Of a stretch of 64,000 bases of DNA, positions 45,926 to 55,922 are shown one piece after another. Within the stretch, counting starts at the first letter, position 1; every line of letters starts with the position of its first letter. Made by a program: the position numbers and the translations under genes. This DNA comes from Alphaproteobacteria bacterium (GTDB taxonomy: Bacteria; Pseudomonadota; Alphaproteobacteria; Caulobacterales; Maricaulaceae), in the NCBI GenBank assembly GCA_051252005.1, contig JBPOEZ010000003.1:164984-228983 (forward strand), written 5' to 3'. The notes below the pieces were generated by a model. It had not been told where the DNA came from. It saw only the letters and a list, made by a program, of their open reading frames with translations, and ran no database searches.

Positions 45926-45944
45926 ATACGACGCATGTCGTTTA
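45926..45944. promoter_or_regulatory. Candidate BlaI-family operator ATACGAC-gcat-GTCGTTTAT
   Basis: Inverted repeat 11 nt upstream of the blaI-like start. Confidence 0.4.
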
Positions 45945-45954
45945 TGGATGATTC

Positions 45955-46332
45955 ATGACAAAAATTAGAAAACCTTCTGAAGCTGAAACCGCTATCTTGC
46001 ATGTCCTCTGGGAAAGACAGCCTTGCCTCGTCAAGACGGTCCACGACGCCCTGAGCGCAACTAAAGATGTCGGTTACACAACAACCTTGAAACAAATACA
46101 GCGCTTACTCGACAAGGGCCTCGTCAAACGCGAGCCCGGCCCCGGCAAATCCTTCCTCTACAGCGCCGCTGTTACCGAGGAAGACACAAAGGGGAAATTA
46201 TTCGACCGGTTTGTAGAGACCACTTTTTCGAATTCCGTCTCCGAGCTTGTTATGCACGCACTAGGCAACGGGAAACCGTCCGACGCGGAAATAGACGAAA
46301 TTAGAAAATTTTTGGATCAACTCGATCATTAA
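45955..46332 (+). CDS. BlaI/MecI/CopY-family transcriptional repressor
   Basis: Winged-helix N-terminus AETAILHVLWERQPCLVKTVHDAL..GYTTTLKQIQRLLDKGLV. Confidence 0.85.
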   Translation: MTKIRKPSEAETAILHVLWERQPCLVKTVHDALSATKDVGYTTTLKQIQRLLDKGLVKREPGPGKSFLYSAAVTEEDTKGKLFDRFVETTFSNSVSELVMHALGNGKPSDAEIDEIRKFLDQLDH

Positions 46333-46444
46333 AATTCGCTTGCTGAGGACATCAGCTAACACGTTGAAGGCAGGACAACTCAGGAGCGCGGCTCCGCACG
46401 AAAAATATAAGGGGGAAAACCCCATATAAATAAGGGAGAGATAT

Positions 46445-49051
46445 ATGGGACCGGAGTTAGGGCATTTCTTAGATAGTCTCGGATGGGCGATCGTCCATAG
46501 TGTTTGGCAAGGGGCCTTGGCCGCTATTGCCGTTGTTATCTTCCGTAATCTTACCAAAGACAGTCATGCATCCCTTCGATACGGCTTTCAGGTCATATGC
46601 CTCATCGGTACCCTTGCCGCGTTTTTAACGACCTTCACCCTCTATCAACTTCGTGCGCCTTCAAACATAAGCATAACATTTCAAACCGGAGCAGTTTTTG
46701 AGCCAATCTCGGCCTTGCTTAATCAGAAATCGGCTCTCCCCGAAGGGCGAACTTTTTCTGATCTATTGACGCTCTACATGCCGTTTTTAGGGGTACTTTG
46801 GTGCTTAGGGTTTGCACTCTTAGCGGCTCGCTATAGCGGGGCATTCATCATGACGCAGCGCCTGCGCCGCCTTGGTCTCTCGGACGCGCCTGCTGCTTGG
46901 CAGTCCCGCTTTCACACACTTGTTTTAAATGCAGGTCTACGCCGCGATGTTAGAATATTCATCTCAAACCGCGTAAGCGGGCCTTTAACATTAGGGTTTT
47001 TCAAGCCTATCGTTCTCGTTCCAGCTAGTTTTTTCACCGGCCTCACAGCGCCGCAGGTCGAAGCCATATTGCTCCATGAAATCGCACATATTCGCCGCCA
47101 TGATTATCTCATAAATCTGTTCCAGACAGCCGTGAAGTCCATCTTCTTCTTCCACCCCGCTATTCATTATATCTCCCGCCGTATCGATCAAGACCGCGAA
47201 CATGCATGCGATGATTTCGCTGTTGCTCTAACACGGGACCCACAAGCCCTCGCCCGAGGACTAGCTGCCCTTCGGCTTAATCTTACGCCGAAAACCTTTG
47301 CGCTCGCCGCAGATAACGGGAATACGCCACTCGTCGCTCGTCTTAAACGACTCGGCAATATAAACGACACACGCCGCAGACCTGAGCATGTTTTAACATC
47401 TGCTGCGACGCTCCTTATCGCGGCAGGCCTATATGTCTTCGCAAGCCCTCTTGCCGACGCACATCAGCCCGCTTCACTCGACACTGATAACGCAGACACA
47501 CACCCATCAAAAAAATCAACGAATTACTACTTTGAGCAAGCAACCCTTAACGGCCAAACCTTCACCGTCAAAGTCGCAGAAGATGGGTCACGCTGGATCA
47601 ATGTGAACGGCGCGTGGTATGATGTTGACAAAAACCCTGATATGATTGGCAAGCTTCCCCAAGCTCCTGAACCCCCGAAACCGCCCGCGAGCTACTCTGA
47701 CGATAGCCAATATGCAGTCGATATGGACTACTATATCGCGCAACTTAGACAGTCCGAGACCCCAGAAGATATGCCCGAGCTTGCAGGTAAGCCCCATCAC
47801 GTCCCGAACGTGCACAATGAAACCGCAAAAGCCGAACTAACCAGAAACCGCATCGAGCGCATCGTAGACGAGGCTCTAACCGAAGGCATGAAGGAAAGAG
47901 ATAATGCTTGGGACGAAGCGAAAAAGTCTCTGAGCCAATCCTCTATGGCACCAGGTCTATATATTGACGGAGAATATTTTGACGCGCCCGACGCCAAATC
48001 GTGGACTCATGAATTTGAAAAAGCCATGGCGAAAATCAATAAGGACGTCATTAAAGGCCGAATTAATGCCGAACAGGCGCAAGAGGCACGTGACCGCGCC
48101 GAAGAAAGCCTAGAAGCCCGTATAGAGCAGGTGACTGACCTACGGGAAGCAGCGCATGACCGAGCGCAGGAACAACGCGAACGCGCACTGGAGCGCGCTG
48201 AAGAACAACGTGAACGCGCAATTGAACGTGCAGAAGAACAACACGAGCGGGCTATGGAGCGCGCAGAAGAACAACGTGAACGGGCCATGGAACGCGCTAT
48301 GGAGCGTGCAGAAGAGGCACGCGAAAAAGCCCATGCCTTTGATGAAGCCATGCTATCGCAGCTCAAAGCTGACAAACTTATTTCGCAAGATGCTAAAACC
48401 GTTACCATTAGCTTCCCGAACAAAGCAATGGCTGTGAACGGGACTTTAGTCTCAAATGAAGTTGAAGGAAACTACTGCGATATATTAGAGACTTACGGCA
48501 TTGAAAAGAACAGCAACACCGAGATAAAAATAACGTTTGGCGCATTCACCCATAAAACCTCGTCACAAAACAAACGATCTAGCCGCCAATCTTATGAGAG
48601 CGGGATGGCTAATGCGCATAGCGAAAACATGCAATTAGCCGCAACACCCATATCGATAAAATTACCGCCTCTCCCCTTCATTAATCCTGCGCCGCAAAGC
48701 TGGGTCAGCCAATCCTACTCAGCTTTGAGCAGCGCGCATAAGTCCCACGGCGGAATTGACCTCGCTTCCCCCAGAAACACTACCATCAATGCCAGTGCGC
48801 CTGGCCTTGTCACCTATGCAAAAACCAAGGGGAAATGGGGCAATATGGTGAAAATCAAGCATAAAGACGGATACGAAACCCATTACGCACATGTCGGAGA
48901 AATCTGCGTGGACGAAGGCAAAACTGTTAATCAGGGGGACCCGATTGGCTTGGTGGGCTCTACCGGCGCGTCATCGGCCCCTCACTTACACTTCGAAATT
49001 CGCCAACATGGCCAAAGCCTTAATCCAGAAAAAATGATCACCGGTACGTAG
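46445..49051 (+). CDS. BlaR1-like M56 peptidase/sensor fused to a coiled-coil repeat region and a C-terminal M23 peptidase domain
   Basis: HEIAHIRRHD (HExxH) after 3-4 TM helices. ERAEEQRERA repeats. M23 motifs HGGIDLAS and GSTGASSAPHLHFEI. Confidence 0.8.
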   Translation: MGPELGHFLDSLGWAIVHSVWQGALAAIAVVIFRNLTKDSHASLRYGFQVICLIGTLAAFLTTFTLYQLRAPSNISITFQTGAVFEPISALLNQKSALPEGRTFSDLLTLYMPFLGVLWCLGFALLAARYSGAFIMTQRLRRLGLSDAPAAWQSRFHTLVLNAGLRRDVRIFISNRVSGPLTLGFFKPIVLVPASFFTGLTAPQVEAILLHEIAHIRRHDYLINLFQTAVKSIFFFHPAIHYISRRIDQDREHACDDFAVALTRDPQALARGLAALRLNLTPKTFALAADNGNTPLVARLKRLGNINDTRRRPEHVLTSAATLLIAAGLYVFASPLADAHQPASLDTDNADTHPSKKSTNYYFEQATLNGQTFTVKVAEDGSRWINVNGAWYDVDKNPDMIGKLPQAPEPPKPPASYSDDSQYAVDMDYYIAQLRQSETPEDMPELAGKPHHVPNVHNETAKAELTRNRIERIVDEALTEGMKERDNAWDEAKKSLSQSSMAPGLYIDGEYFDAPDAKSWTHEFEKAMAKINKDVIKGRINAEQAQEARDRAEESLEARIEQVTDLREAAHDRAQEQRERALERAEEQRERAIERAEEQHERAMERAEEQRERAMERAMERAEEAREKAHAFDEAMLSQLKADKLISQDAKTVTISFPNKAMAVNGTLVSNEVEGNYCDILETYGIEKNSNTEIKITFGAFTHKTSSQNKRSSRQSYESGMANAHSENMQLAATPISIKLPPLPFINPAPQSWVSQSYSALSSAHKSHGGIDLASPRNTTINASAPGLVTYAKTKGKWGNMVKIKHKDGYETHYAHVGEICVDEGKTVNQGDPIGLVGSTGASSAPHLHFEIRQHGQSLNPEKMITGT
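48161..48330 (+). repeat. Tandem 33-nt (11-aa) coding repeat RAEEQRERA(L/I/M)E, about 4.5 units
   Basis: Read directly from the sequence. The units differ mostly at synonymous positions. Confidence 0.8.
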
Positions 49052-49098
49052 TTCACCCACTAACGCCACATTAATTATAAAAACCTAAGAGTTTTCAC

Positions 49099-51150
49099 AT
49101 GACTATACACCTCAAAAGGCCGCTTTTGGCGGCAATGGCTGGACTCATCCTAATTTCTGGGACAGCATCAGCGCAAACGGACAAAACGAATGCAAAGTCC
49201 TCAGAGGCAAAACGCGCGTTTGAACCCGCCTATTTCACGCAATATGCCCCCCGCACTGCACTCGATATGATCGGCCGCATTCCCGGCTTTCAGCTCGACG
49301 GCGGAGACAGCAAACGCGGCCTTGGGCAAGGCGGCGCGAATGTTCTCATCAATGGCCAGAGACTATCAGGAAAAGCTGACGATCCATTTGATCAAGTCGG
49401 GCGCATCGCCGCTAAAAACGTGGTTAAAATTGAGATCGTCGACGGCAACTCTCTCAACATTCCCGGCCTATCTGGACAAGTTGCCAACGTCACAACAAAA
49501 TCCACGGGCATGACAGGCACATGGGAATGGCGTCCCGAATGGCGCGAAGGACTGGAGCCCAACCTATTCGCGGGAGAGGCTACAATCTCCGGAGAAAAAG
49601 GGAACCTTGCTTACACAGCCAAAATACAAAACGACTCACAGCGCAACGGACATTGGGGGCCGGAAAAACGCAGCACGGCCGCTGGGGATTTGTTTGAAAT
49701 TCGCGATGAGTTCGGACGCTACAATGGCGACAGACCAGGCGGTTCTCTAAGCCTAAAATGGACACCAGATGAAGAGCGCGTAGGCAACTTAAATTTTGAG
49801 TACAATGTCAGCAATTTCAATGAGCAGACCCGCTCTACCCTTACCAAAAAGGGGCCTAATGGCAAAGATGGCCAGCATTTATTCACGTTTGCGGAAGATG
49901 AATGGAACGCAAAAATAGATGGTGACTATGAATTTCCGCTGGCCGACGGCAAGCTCAAACTCATAGGCTATTACCGCGCTGAGCACTCCCCTACCGTTAG
50001 CCGTTTTGATGTTTATGATGCGACAACTCATCGAGTCAGTGATCGCTTCTTTCAAGTCGCCGACGAAGGCGAGGCCATTGCGAGAAGCGAATATTCTTGG
50101 TCTGCGAAAGAAGGCCGTGACTGGCAAATTGGCGTCGAAGGCGCGTTTAATTTCCTTGATATAGAAAATCAATTTATTGACCTTCTAACGCCTGCTAACT
50201 CTGGCAATGTCGACACGTCTCGTGTCGAAGAAAAACGCGCCGAAGCCACGCTGACACACACGCGAACACTCTCCCCGAAATGGGATACACAAGTCTCAGT
50301 GGGCGGTGAATATTCACAGCTTGCACAAGGCGCATTGCAAAGAGATTTTTTCCGGCCGAAAGGTTTCATCTCCGCAACTTATAAGCCCGAAGACAATTTT
50401 AACATCGTCACCAAAATTGAACGCGATGTGGGGCAGCTCAACTTCTTCGACTTCACCTCATCAGTAGACTTGCAAAACAATCAAGGCACGACGGGTAACC
50501 CTAATCTTGTCCCAAGCCAAAGTTGGGTAGGAGAGGTCGAATTCAGTAAACAGTGGACAGCTGGACACAGCTTTAAGGCCCGTGTTTACGGTCAGAAAAT
50601 TTCAGACCTCGTTGACCGCATTCCTATCGGCCTCACCGGAGATGCAGTTGGCAATATCGATAGCGCCGAACTCTACGGCGTTGACTTTAATGCCACGGTC
50701 AAAGGCGATCCCTATGGCCTGAAAGGCGTTGAACTGGAACTCGAACTCGATTTCCGGAATTCCTCCGTTGAGGATCCGGTCGAAGGATTTTCGCGGCGCC
50801 TGAACGGCGATAAAAAATCATATTGGAGCGTGAGTTTCCGCCATGATATCCCAAATTCCGATTGGGCTTATGGCTTCTTCGCTGATCAATATAACGAAGC
50901 GCCTGTTTACCGGCTCCATTCGATCAACACGTTTCAATTTGACGGCCCTTTTGGCCTCGCCTTTATTGAACATAAAGATATCTTTGGCCTCAAAGTAAGG
51001 GCTGACATTCGCAACCTGTTTGATGGCTCCGATGATTTTAAACGCGAGGTTTACACAGGCCGGCGCGACCAAGGCACACTCGACTTCATCGAAGACCGCA
51101 CGCGGCCCTTTGGTTACTTTTTCCGGCTTAATATTAGCGGGACTTTTTAA
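49099..51150 (+). CDS. TonB-dependent receptor
   Basis: Signal peptide, plug region (GANVLINGQRLSGK), and a beta-barrel ending in a C-terminal Phe. Confidence 0.85.
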   Translation: MTIHLKRPLLAAMAGLILISGTASAQTDKTNAKSSEAKRAFEPAYFTQYAPRTALDMIGRIPGFQLDGGDSKRGLGQGGANVLINGQRLSGKADDPFDQVGRIAAKNVVKIEIVDGNSLNIPGLSGQVANVTTKSTGMTGTWEWRPEWREGLEPNLFAGEATISGEKGNLAYTAKIQNDSQRNGHWGPEKRSTAAGDLFEIRDEFGRYNGDRPGGSLSLKWTPDEERVGNLNFEYNVSNFNEQTRSTLTKKGPNGKDGQHLFTFAEDEWNAKIDGDYEFPLADGKLKLIGYYRAEHSPTVSRFDVYDATTHRVSDRFFQVADEGEAIARSEYSWSAKEGRDWQIGVEGAFNFLDIENQFIDLLTPANSGNVDTSRVEEKRAEATLTHTRTLSPKWDTQVSVGGEYSQLAQGALQRDFFRPKGFISATYKPEDNFNIVTKIERDVGQLNFFDFTSSVDLQNNQGTTGNPNLVPSQSWVGEVEFSKQWTAGHSFKARVYGQKISDLVDRIPIGLTGDAVGNIDSAELYGVDFNATVKGDPYGLKGVELELELDFRNSSVEDPVEGFSRRLNGDKKSYWSVSFRHDIPNSDWAYGFFADQYNEAPVYRLHSINTFQFDGPFGLAFIEHKDIFGLKVRADIRNLFDGSDDFKREVYTGRRDQGTLDFIEDRTRPFGYFFRLNISGTF

Positions 51151-51162
51151 AGTCCCGCTAAT
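51134..51162. terminator. Perfect 13-bp hairpin TTAGCGGGACTTT-tt-AAAGTCCCGCTAA spanning the receptor stop codon
   Basis: Lies between convergent genes. There is no long T-run, so terminator function is tentative. Confidence 0.5.
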
Positions 51163-51171
51163 ACGCTCCCC

Positions 51172-53316
51172 CTATTGCCCCGGCGTGTAGTCACGCTCTG
51201 CGAGCGGTAGAACCTCATCAAGTGTCATTGGCATAGCCTTATACTCGCCGCGCGCAAAAAGCGGCGCTTGATCGGCATAATGCGGCGAGGTTTCGTCGAG
51301 TGTCGCCGCGCCGAACTGATGAATAGATTCCAACGATAGCACACCGTTTTCATCCCAATCCGCATACATAATATGCGTATCGCCGGCGACCCCAGTCAGG
51401 CCTTTATTCTCAACAAATTTTTCTCGAAGGCCATATATAGCGCGCAGCGTATCCGGTCCGCCCGTAAGTGGTAAGTCAACATCGCCTCGGCGAAGACGGT
51501 TCACCTCGCCCCATGTCGGATCAATGCGGCCATAAACCATCATAAGCTCGTCAACCGTCTCCTCTAAGGCCTGCATCACATCCATTTTATCTTCGATGAT
51601 TTCATAGCCGCCGACTTTCATAGCCGTCAAAACGGCGAGCGCCGTCGCGCGGTTTTCCAAATTGGTTTCTCCATCCCAGGATTTCAACAAAGCTATAGGT
51701 TCAGCTAGGTCAGCATTCGCCGTATCCGCCTTAGCAAATATTTCTTCGAGGCGCTTACGGATCGGCGAGTCAGGGTGATATTGCCCGTTGGCACGGTACG
51801 AGAGAAGCTCTTCGCCTGATATAGACTCGTCTGCCGGAATGAGCGCAAGCGCCATCATAGCCCGGTTTGTCATACGCGGTTCAATACCCATGGTTACAGA
51901 ATAATCCTCGCGTTTATTATCAAAAGCCGGATCCGTGATCCGAAACGGCGTAGAATTGGCGGAGAACAGCCAGCCGCTTTCAGGGTTATAGTGCTGCGGT
52001 AGATCAGACACAGGTCGATACTCGTTCCAAATCAGCTCTGGCTTATCTCCCGGAAGAACGCCTGACCAATCGGGGCCTTCAATACGTTTAGGCATTTTCG
52101 CATTATATATTTCGCTAATATTGCCGTTCTTATCGGCGTAAGTGATATTGAAACTAAGAACGGTATTGAGAGCAATCGCGGCCTTCCAATCTTCAAGGCT
52201 TTGCGCCTTACCCATCATATACCACTGCTCCATCGCGCCGACTTCTTGAAGCCCTGCAAATTTAATCGCGTAAAACCCAGACGGGGCGTCCAAAACGGGG
52301 CCGTGCTCTGACCAAAGGACATCACGCGTAATCGGCAAGGAAAAAGGCCCCCATAGCTTCACGCGAAATTTAGACTTAGAGCGCTCAAAATCTTTCCACG
52401 TACCATCGAATTTATACTGCGTTGGTTTTTTGGTATCGTTCACTTCAAGCTCGTAAATGTCAACAAGATCAGGGCGATTAACCGTCTGCGCCCAGCCATG
52501 ATGCGGCGTGACGCCTTGGGTCAAGATCGGCGTTCCTGGGAAGCCAGCGCCTGCAAGGTTAAGTCCTTCTTCTGATACAACGTGCGCTTCAAACCACGCA
52601 TAAGGCCCAACAAATGGCTGATGCGAGTTGACAATAAGGCGCGTATGGCCATCTGTAGAGCGTTTGGGGGCCACGGCAAAAGCGTTAGACCCGCGCACCG
52701 CTTCCGGTAAGTTTAGTTTTGTTTCTTGCCGCCAAGGGGAAACGGCCGGCTTTCCCTCAGCCGAAAACAAGTCCTGAATATAACCATCCATACGATAAAA
52801 GAACGGCGTGTTCCACGTAAATCCAGCGATGATATCTTTGTCTGTCACCGGCAAAATTGATGGCAGAACTCTATCTTTATTCTCCGACGCCCAGAGGTTT
52901 AACCCGTCAGCATAGGCAGTCGCCATAGCCCGTGTTTGCGGCGAAAGGTCAGTGTCAATTTTCTCGTCGACAGCTTCGCGAACCTTAAAAAGGTCAAGCA
53001 AATAATCTGTGGCCGCACCGGACTTGCCATTATACTGCCCAGACATCCCGCGCGAAGAGATCACGGAAACCTGTATCGTCTCCCAATCGTCTTCGGCATG
53101 AGAATATCCAAGACCAAAGGATGTATCGGGGTCTGTCTTGCCAAAAATATGCGCCACGCCCCAATTATCCCTAATGATACGGGCGTCATAAGCTTTTGCT
53201 GCCGCCTTGATTGTGGCCTCATCCACTTTAGGTCCGTTCGGTGTTCTCAGCCATATAGCGGCGGCCAAAAGCCCTACTAAAATCAAACCACCTGCAGTTT
53301 TCAAAAATAAGCGCAT
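51172..53316 (-). CDS. Penicillin acylase (S45, Ntn-hydrolase) family protein
   Basis: Signal peptide. Nucleophile region RGSNAFAVAP. Size is typical of the family. Confidence 0.8.
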   Translation of the reverse strand: MRLFLKTAGGLILVGLLAAAIWLRTPNGPKVDEATIKAAAKAYDARIIRDNWGVAHIFGKTDPDTSFGLGYSHAEDDWETIQVSVISSRGMSGQYNGKSGAATDYLLDLFKVREAVDEKIDTDLSPQTRAMATAYADGLNLWASENKDRVLPSILPVTDKDIIAGFTWNTPFFYRMDGYIQDLFSAEGKPAVSPWRQETKLNLPEAVRGSNAFAVAPKRSTDGHTRLIVNSHQPFVGPYAWFEAHVVSEEGLNLAGAGFPGTPILTQGVTPHHGWAQTVNRPDLVDIYELEVNDTKKPTQYKFDGTWKDFERSKSKFRVKLWGPFSLPITRDVLWSEHGPVLDAPSGFYAIKFAGLQEVGAMEQWYMMGKAQSLEDWKAAIALNTVLSFNITYADKNGNISEIYNAKMPKRIEGPDWSGVLPGDKPELIWNEYRPVSDLPQHYNPESGWLFSANSTPFRITDPAFDNKREDYSVTMGIEPRMTNRAMMALALIPADESISGEELLSYRANGQYHPDSPIRKRLEEIFAKADTANADLAEPIALLKSWDGETNLENRATALAVLTAMKVGGYEIIEDKMDVMQALEETVDELMMVYGRIDPTWGEVNRLRRGDVDLPLTGGPDTLRAIYGLREKFVENKGLTGVAGDTHIMYADWDENGVLSLESIHQFGAATLDETSPHYADQAPLFARGEYKAMPMTLDEVLPLAERDYTPGQ

Positions 53317-53404
53317 AAAAATCTCCCGTCAGTCACCATTCATGTAGCCTCCTTATAAATCAAGTCCATATTGGGATTTCATTTTATCTATGTTAGGAAC
53401 AGAC

Positions 53405-54121
53405 ATGAGCAACACCGCCCTATCCGCACAAGAACTCATCGATCAAATTCTTTCAGCGGGGCGTGACCTTGCAAATGAGGGCAAAGCCCGCTCAGGAGAG
53501 CTTACGAAAAAGGGCAAAGATATTGCAGCGAAAGGCGAGGATATTCTTGTCGACAAACTCGGTATCGAAGATATTGACGTATCCCGAGACGCGCTACGCA
53601 AAGGCCTAGGCGCCGGAGCCGCAGCAGGCGCTCTGGCACTGCTTCTTTCTTCCCGATCAGGCCGCAAAATGGCAACCCTCGGCGGCCTCGCTGGACTAGG
53701 CGTTCTGGCCTATAAGGCTTTTGAGAGAAACGGCGGCAAAATGCCGAGCTGGAAAGACGAAGTCGTAGGCCTCATTGGCGGCCCAAAAGCGGAAACCCGC
53801 GCAGAGGCCTTGATACGCGCGATGATCGCAGCGGCGAAGGCCGACGGCGGGATCAGCGACGACGAAATAGCCCTGATAGAGGCCCATGATAAAGCCTCCC
53901 CGCAAATTCTGCAGGACGCGCTCAATCAAGCCCCTGACGCAGCCGCCATCGCGGCGCTCGCAGATGGCCCGCAGGCCGCCCGAGAAATTTACGCCGTGTC
54001 CTGCCGCGTCGCTAGCGAGCTCTCTGCTTCTGAGCGCGATTATCTCGACGCCCTCGCCATGGCCCTAAAGCTCGACCCTGAGCTTGCCGCCCGCATAGAA
54101 ACGGATGTTAGAACTGGATGA
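53405..54121 (+). CDS. DUF533/TerB-like protein
   Basis: C-terminal TerB-like region AMIAAAKADGGISDDE. A central TM helix. An alternative ATG is at 53390. Confidence 0.6.
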   Translation: MSNTALSAQELIDQILSAGRDLANEGKARSGELTKKGKDIAAKGEDILVDKLGIEDIDVSRDALRKGLGAGAAAGALALLLSSRSGRKMATLGGLAGLGVLAYKAFERNGGKMPSWKDEVVGLIGGPKAETRAEALIRAMIAAAKADGGISDDEIALIEAHDKASPQILQDALNQAPDAAAIAALADGPQAAREIYAVSCRVASELSASERDYLDALAMALKLDPELAARIETDVRTG

Positions 54122-55548
54122 AAAAGCCCTTAACCGCCCTACTCTTCGCCCTACTCTGCGCCGCGCCTATCGCGGCGCACGCCCAAAATGACGCGCGAGA
54201 ACAAAGGCTCGAAAACGTTTTAGCCCTCACGTCTGTAGATGCAAAACTGGAAGGGCTGAAAGCGCTACTCGTAGACAGCACAGAGCCCGACGAGCAGATC
54301 ATGCTCAACTATCATATCGCCCAAGCTTATATAAGCACATCCCACTTTGGTTCGGCCATAGAGCCACTCAAAGCCGCCGTAGCGCTCAACGAAAAGCATA
54401 CTCCGGATCATCACAAACGCCGCGATGCTCTCTCGAGCCTCTTACAGAAATCCCTTCTAAAAGCGGGCCGAGTAGCTGAAGGCATGCAAGTCTCAAACGC
54501 CCTCGTTGAGAAAAACGACGCGCTCCTCATTGATATGTGGAGCCGCAATGACAGCTCGATCATTCACCGTACAACGGCCCTTACATGTCCGCACACAATC
54601 GGAAAATTTGATAGAACAAAATCTCACAGTTTTGACACAAGCGGTCGTGACCTTGGGTGCTCCTACAAAATTCACGGCGAGACAGAAAACCTGCTCACGG
54701 TTTACTTTACTGACTACCAAGACGAAGCGCTAAGCTCGTCTGCCGCCCATGCTTCCGCGACGAAAATGATGTCGGACGCCAGAAGTTCCAAAGATGCAGA
54801 GCTTATCTACGCTGCGAGGGCAACGGATGTTGACAGCCCCGCCGTGCATGATGTTTTGGGAACATTATACCTTCGAAGTAAAGGCACGCAATATACGGGA
54901 ACTTGGACAGCCGTGATCGAGGGCTGGGTTTTAAAAACCCGCGTCACATGGGACGTTTCCTTAGGAAAAAATTTCGGCGAGACCGCAAGCAAAAAAGCAT
55001 TTGCCTTAACGCCCATGCATACTGCCGCTCAGATAAAGGCTTGCAAAACCGCGACATGGCCAGAAAAGGGAGAACCCGTTCCAGACACTACGCAGATGCA
55101 ATATGTTATGTTTGAAGCCATGAACACGGCGAGCGAAAGACCGCCGCTAGAATGTATGCTCGGCAGTTCCAATACCGGTAATGCTTTCATCGCGGGCCAT
55201 ATGAATGAGCGCCGCCTGTATACGATTGCTGGGACGGCCATTGAAACCGATGTGTTCGTTGAGACGGGCCACAGCTCAGGCGGCGTCGTTGACCTGATTA
55301 CATCACCAGAATATATTCTAAAATCGAAGCTTACCGCCAGTAAAGATCACAAAGCCAGTACCATCATACTCAAAGCTTACAAAACTAAACCCAGCCCCAA
55401 TCAGGTGTTTCAGGATTTCATCGGCGTCTATTCCGGTAAAGTGAAAGAATATGGCCACGTAGAATATGATGAAACTGGCGGCACAAATATTGTTATCCGC
55501 CCTATGGAAACAGACGAAGACACACCCCAGAATGAGCCTAAGGAGTAA
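54118..55548 (+). CDS. Hypothetical secreted protein
   Basis: Signal peptide ...AAHA/QN. No family recognised. 4-nt overlap with the upstream gene. Confidence 0.55.
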   Translation: MKKPLTALLFALLCAAPIAAHAQNDAREQRLENVLALTSVDAKLEGLKALLVDSTEPDEQIMLNYHIAQAYISTSHFGSAIEPLKAAVALNEKHTPDHHKRRDALSSLLQKSLLKAGRVAEGMQVSNALVEKNDALLIDMWSRNDSSIIHRTTALTCPHTIGKFDRTKSHSFDTSGRDLGCSYKIHGETENLLTVYFTDYQDEALSSSAAHASATKMMSDARSSKDAELIYAARATDVDSPAVHDVLGTLYLRSKGTQYTGTWTAVIEGWVLKTRVTWDVSLGKNFGETASKKAFALTPMHTAAQIKACKTATWPEKGEPVPDTTQMQYVMFEAMNTASERPPLECMLGSSNTGNAFIAGHMNERRLYTIAGTAIETDVFVETGHSSGGVVDLITSPEYILKSKLTASKDHKASTIILKAYKTKPSPNQVFQDFIGVYSGKVKEYGHVEYDETGGTNIVIRPMETDEDTPQNEPKE

Positions 55549-55550
55549 TC

Positions 55551-55913
55551 ATGTTATCTTCATTCAAAGCGCTTTGCGTCTCCCTTCTTTTTCTTGCGGC
55601 CTGCGCGCCTTATTCTTACGGTCCGCCTTCAAATCCTGGGCCTCAAGTTCCGCCAAACCGTGTCGTTGATACGGGAGCGGCGTGCGGCGGTATGATGGGG
55701 CTAGTCTGCGGACAGTCTCAAGATTTTTGCCGCATCCCTATAGAAGGCCAATGCGGGGCGGCCGATCAGATGGGCACTTGCAGCCCGCGTCCGCAAATTT
55801 GCACGCAAGACTATCGCCCTGTCTGCGGCTGCGACGGGAAAACCTACGGCAATCAATGTATGGCAAACGGCGCAGGTGTTAGCGCCGCCTATAGCGGTGA
55901 ATGCCGGAATTAA
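55551..55913 (+). CDS. Kazal-type protease-inhibitor-domain lipoprotein
   Basis: Lipobox LAAC. Kazal signature C..DYRPVCGCDGKTYGNQCMANGAGV..YSGEC. Confidence 0.75.
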   Translation: MLSSFKALCVSLLFLAACAPYSYGPPSNPGPQVPPNRVVDTGAACGGMMGLVCGQSQDFCRIPIEGQCGAADQMGTCSPRPQICTQDYRPVCGCDGKTYGNQCMANGAGVSAAYSGECRN

Positions 55914-55922
55914 TCCTGATGC

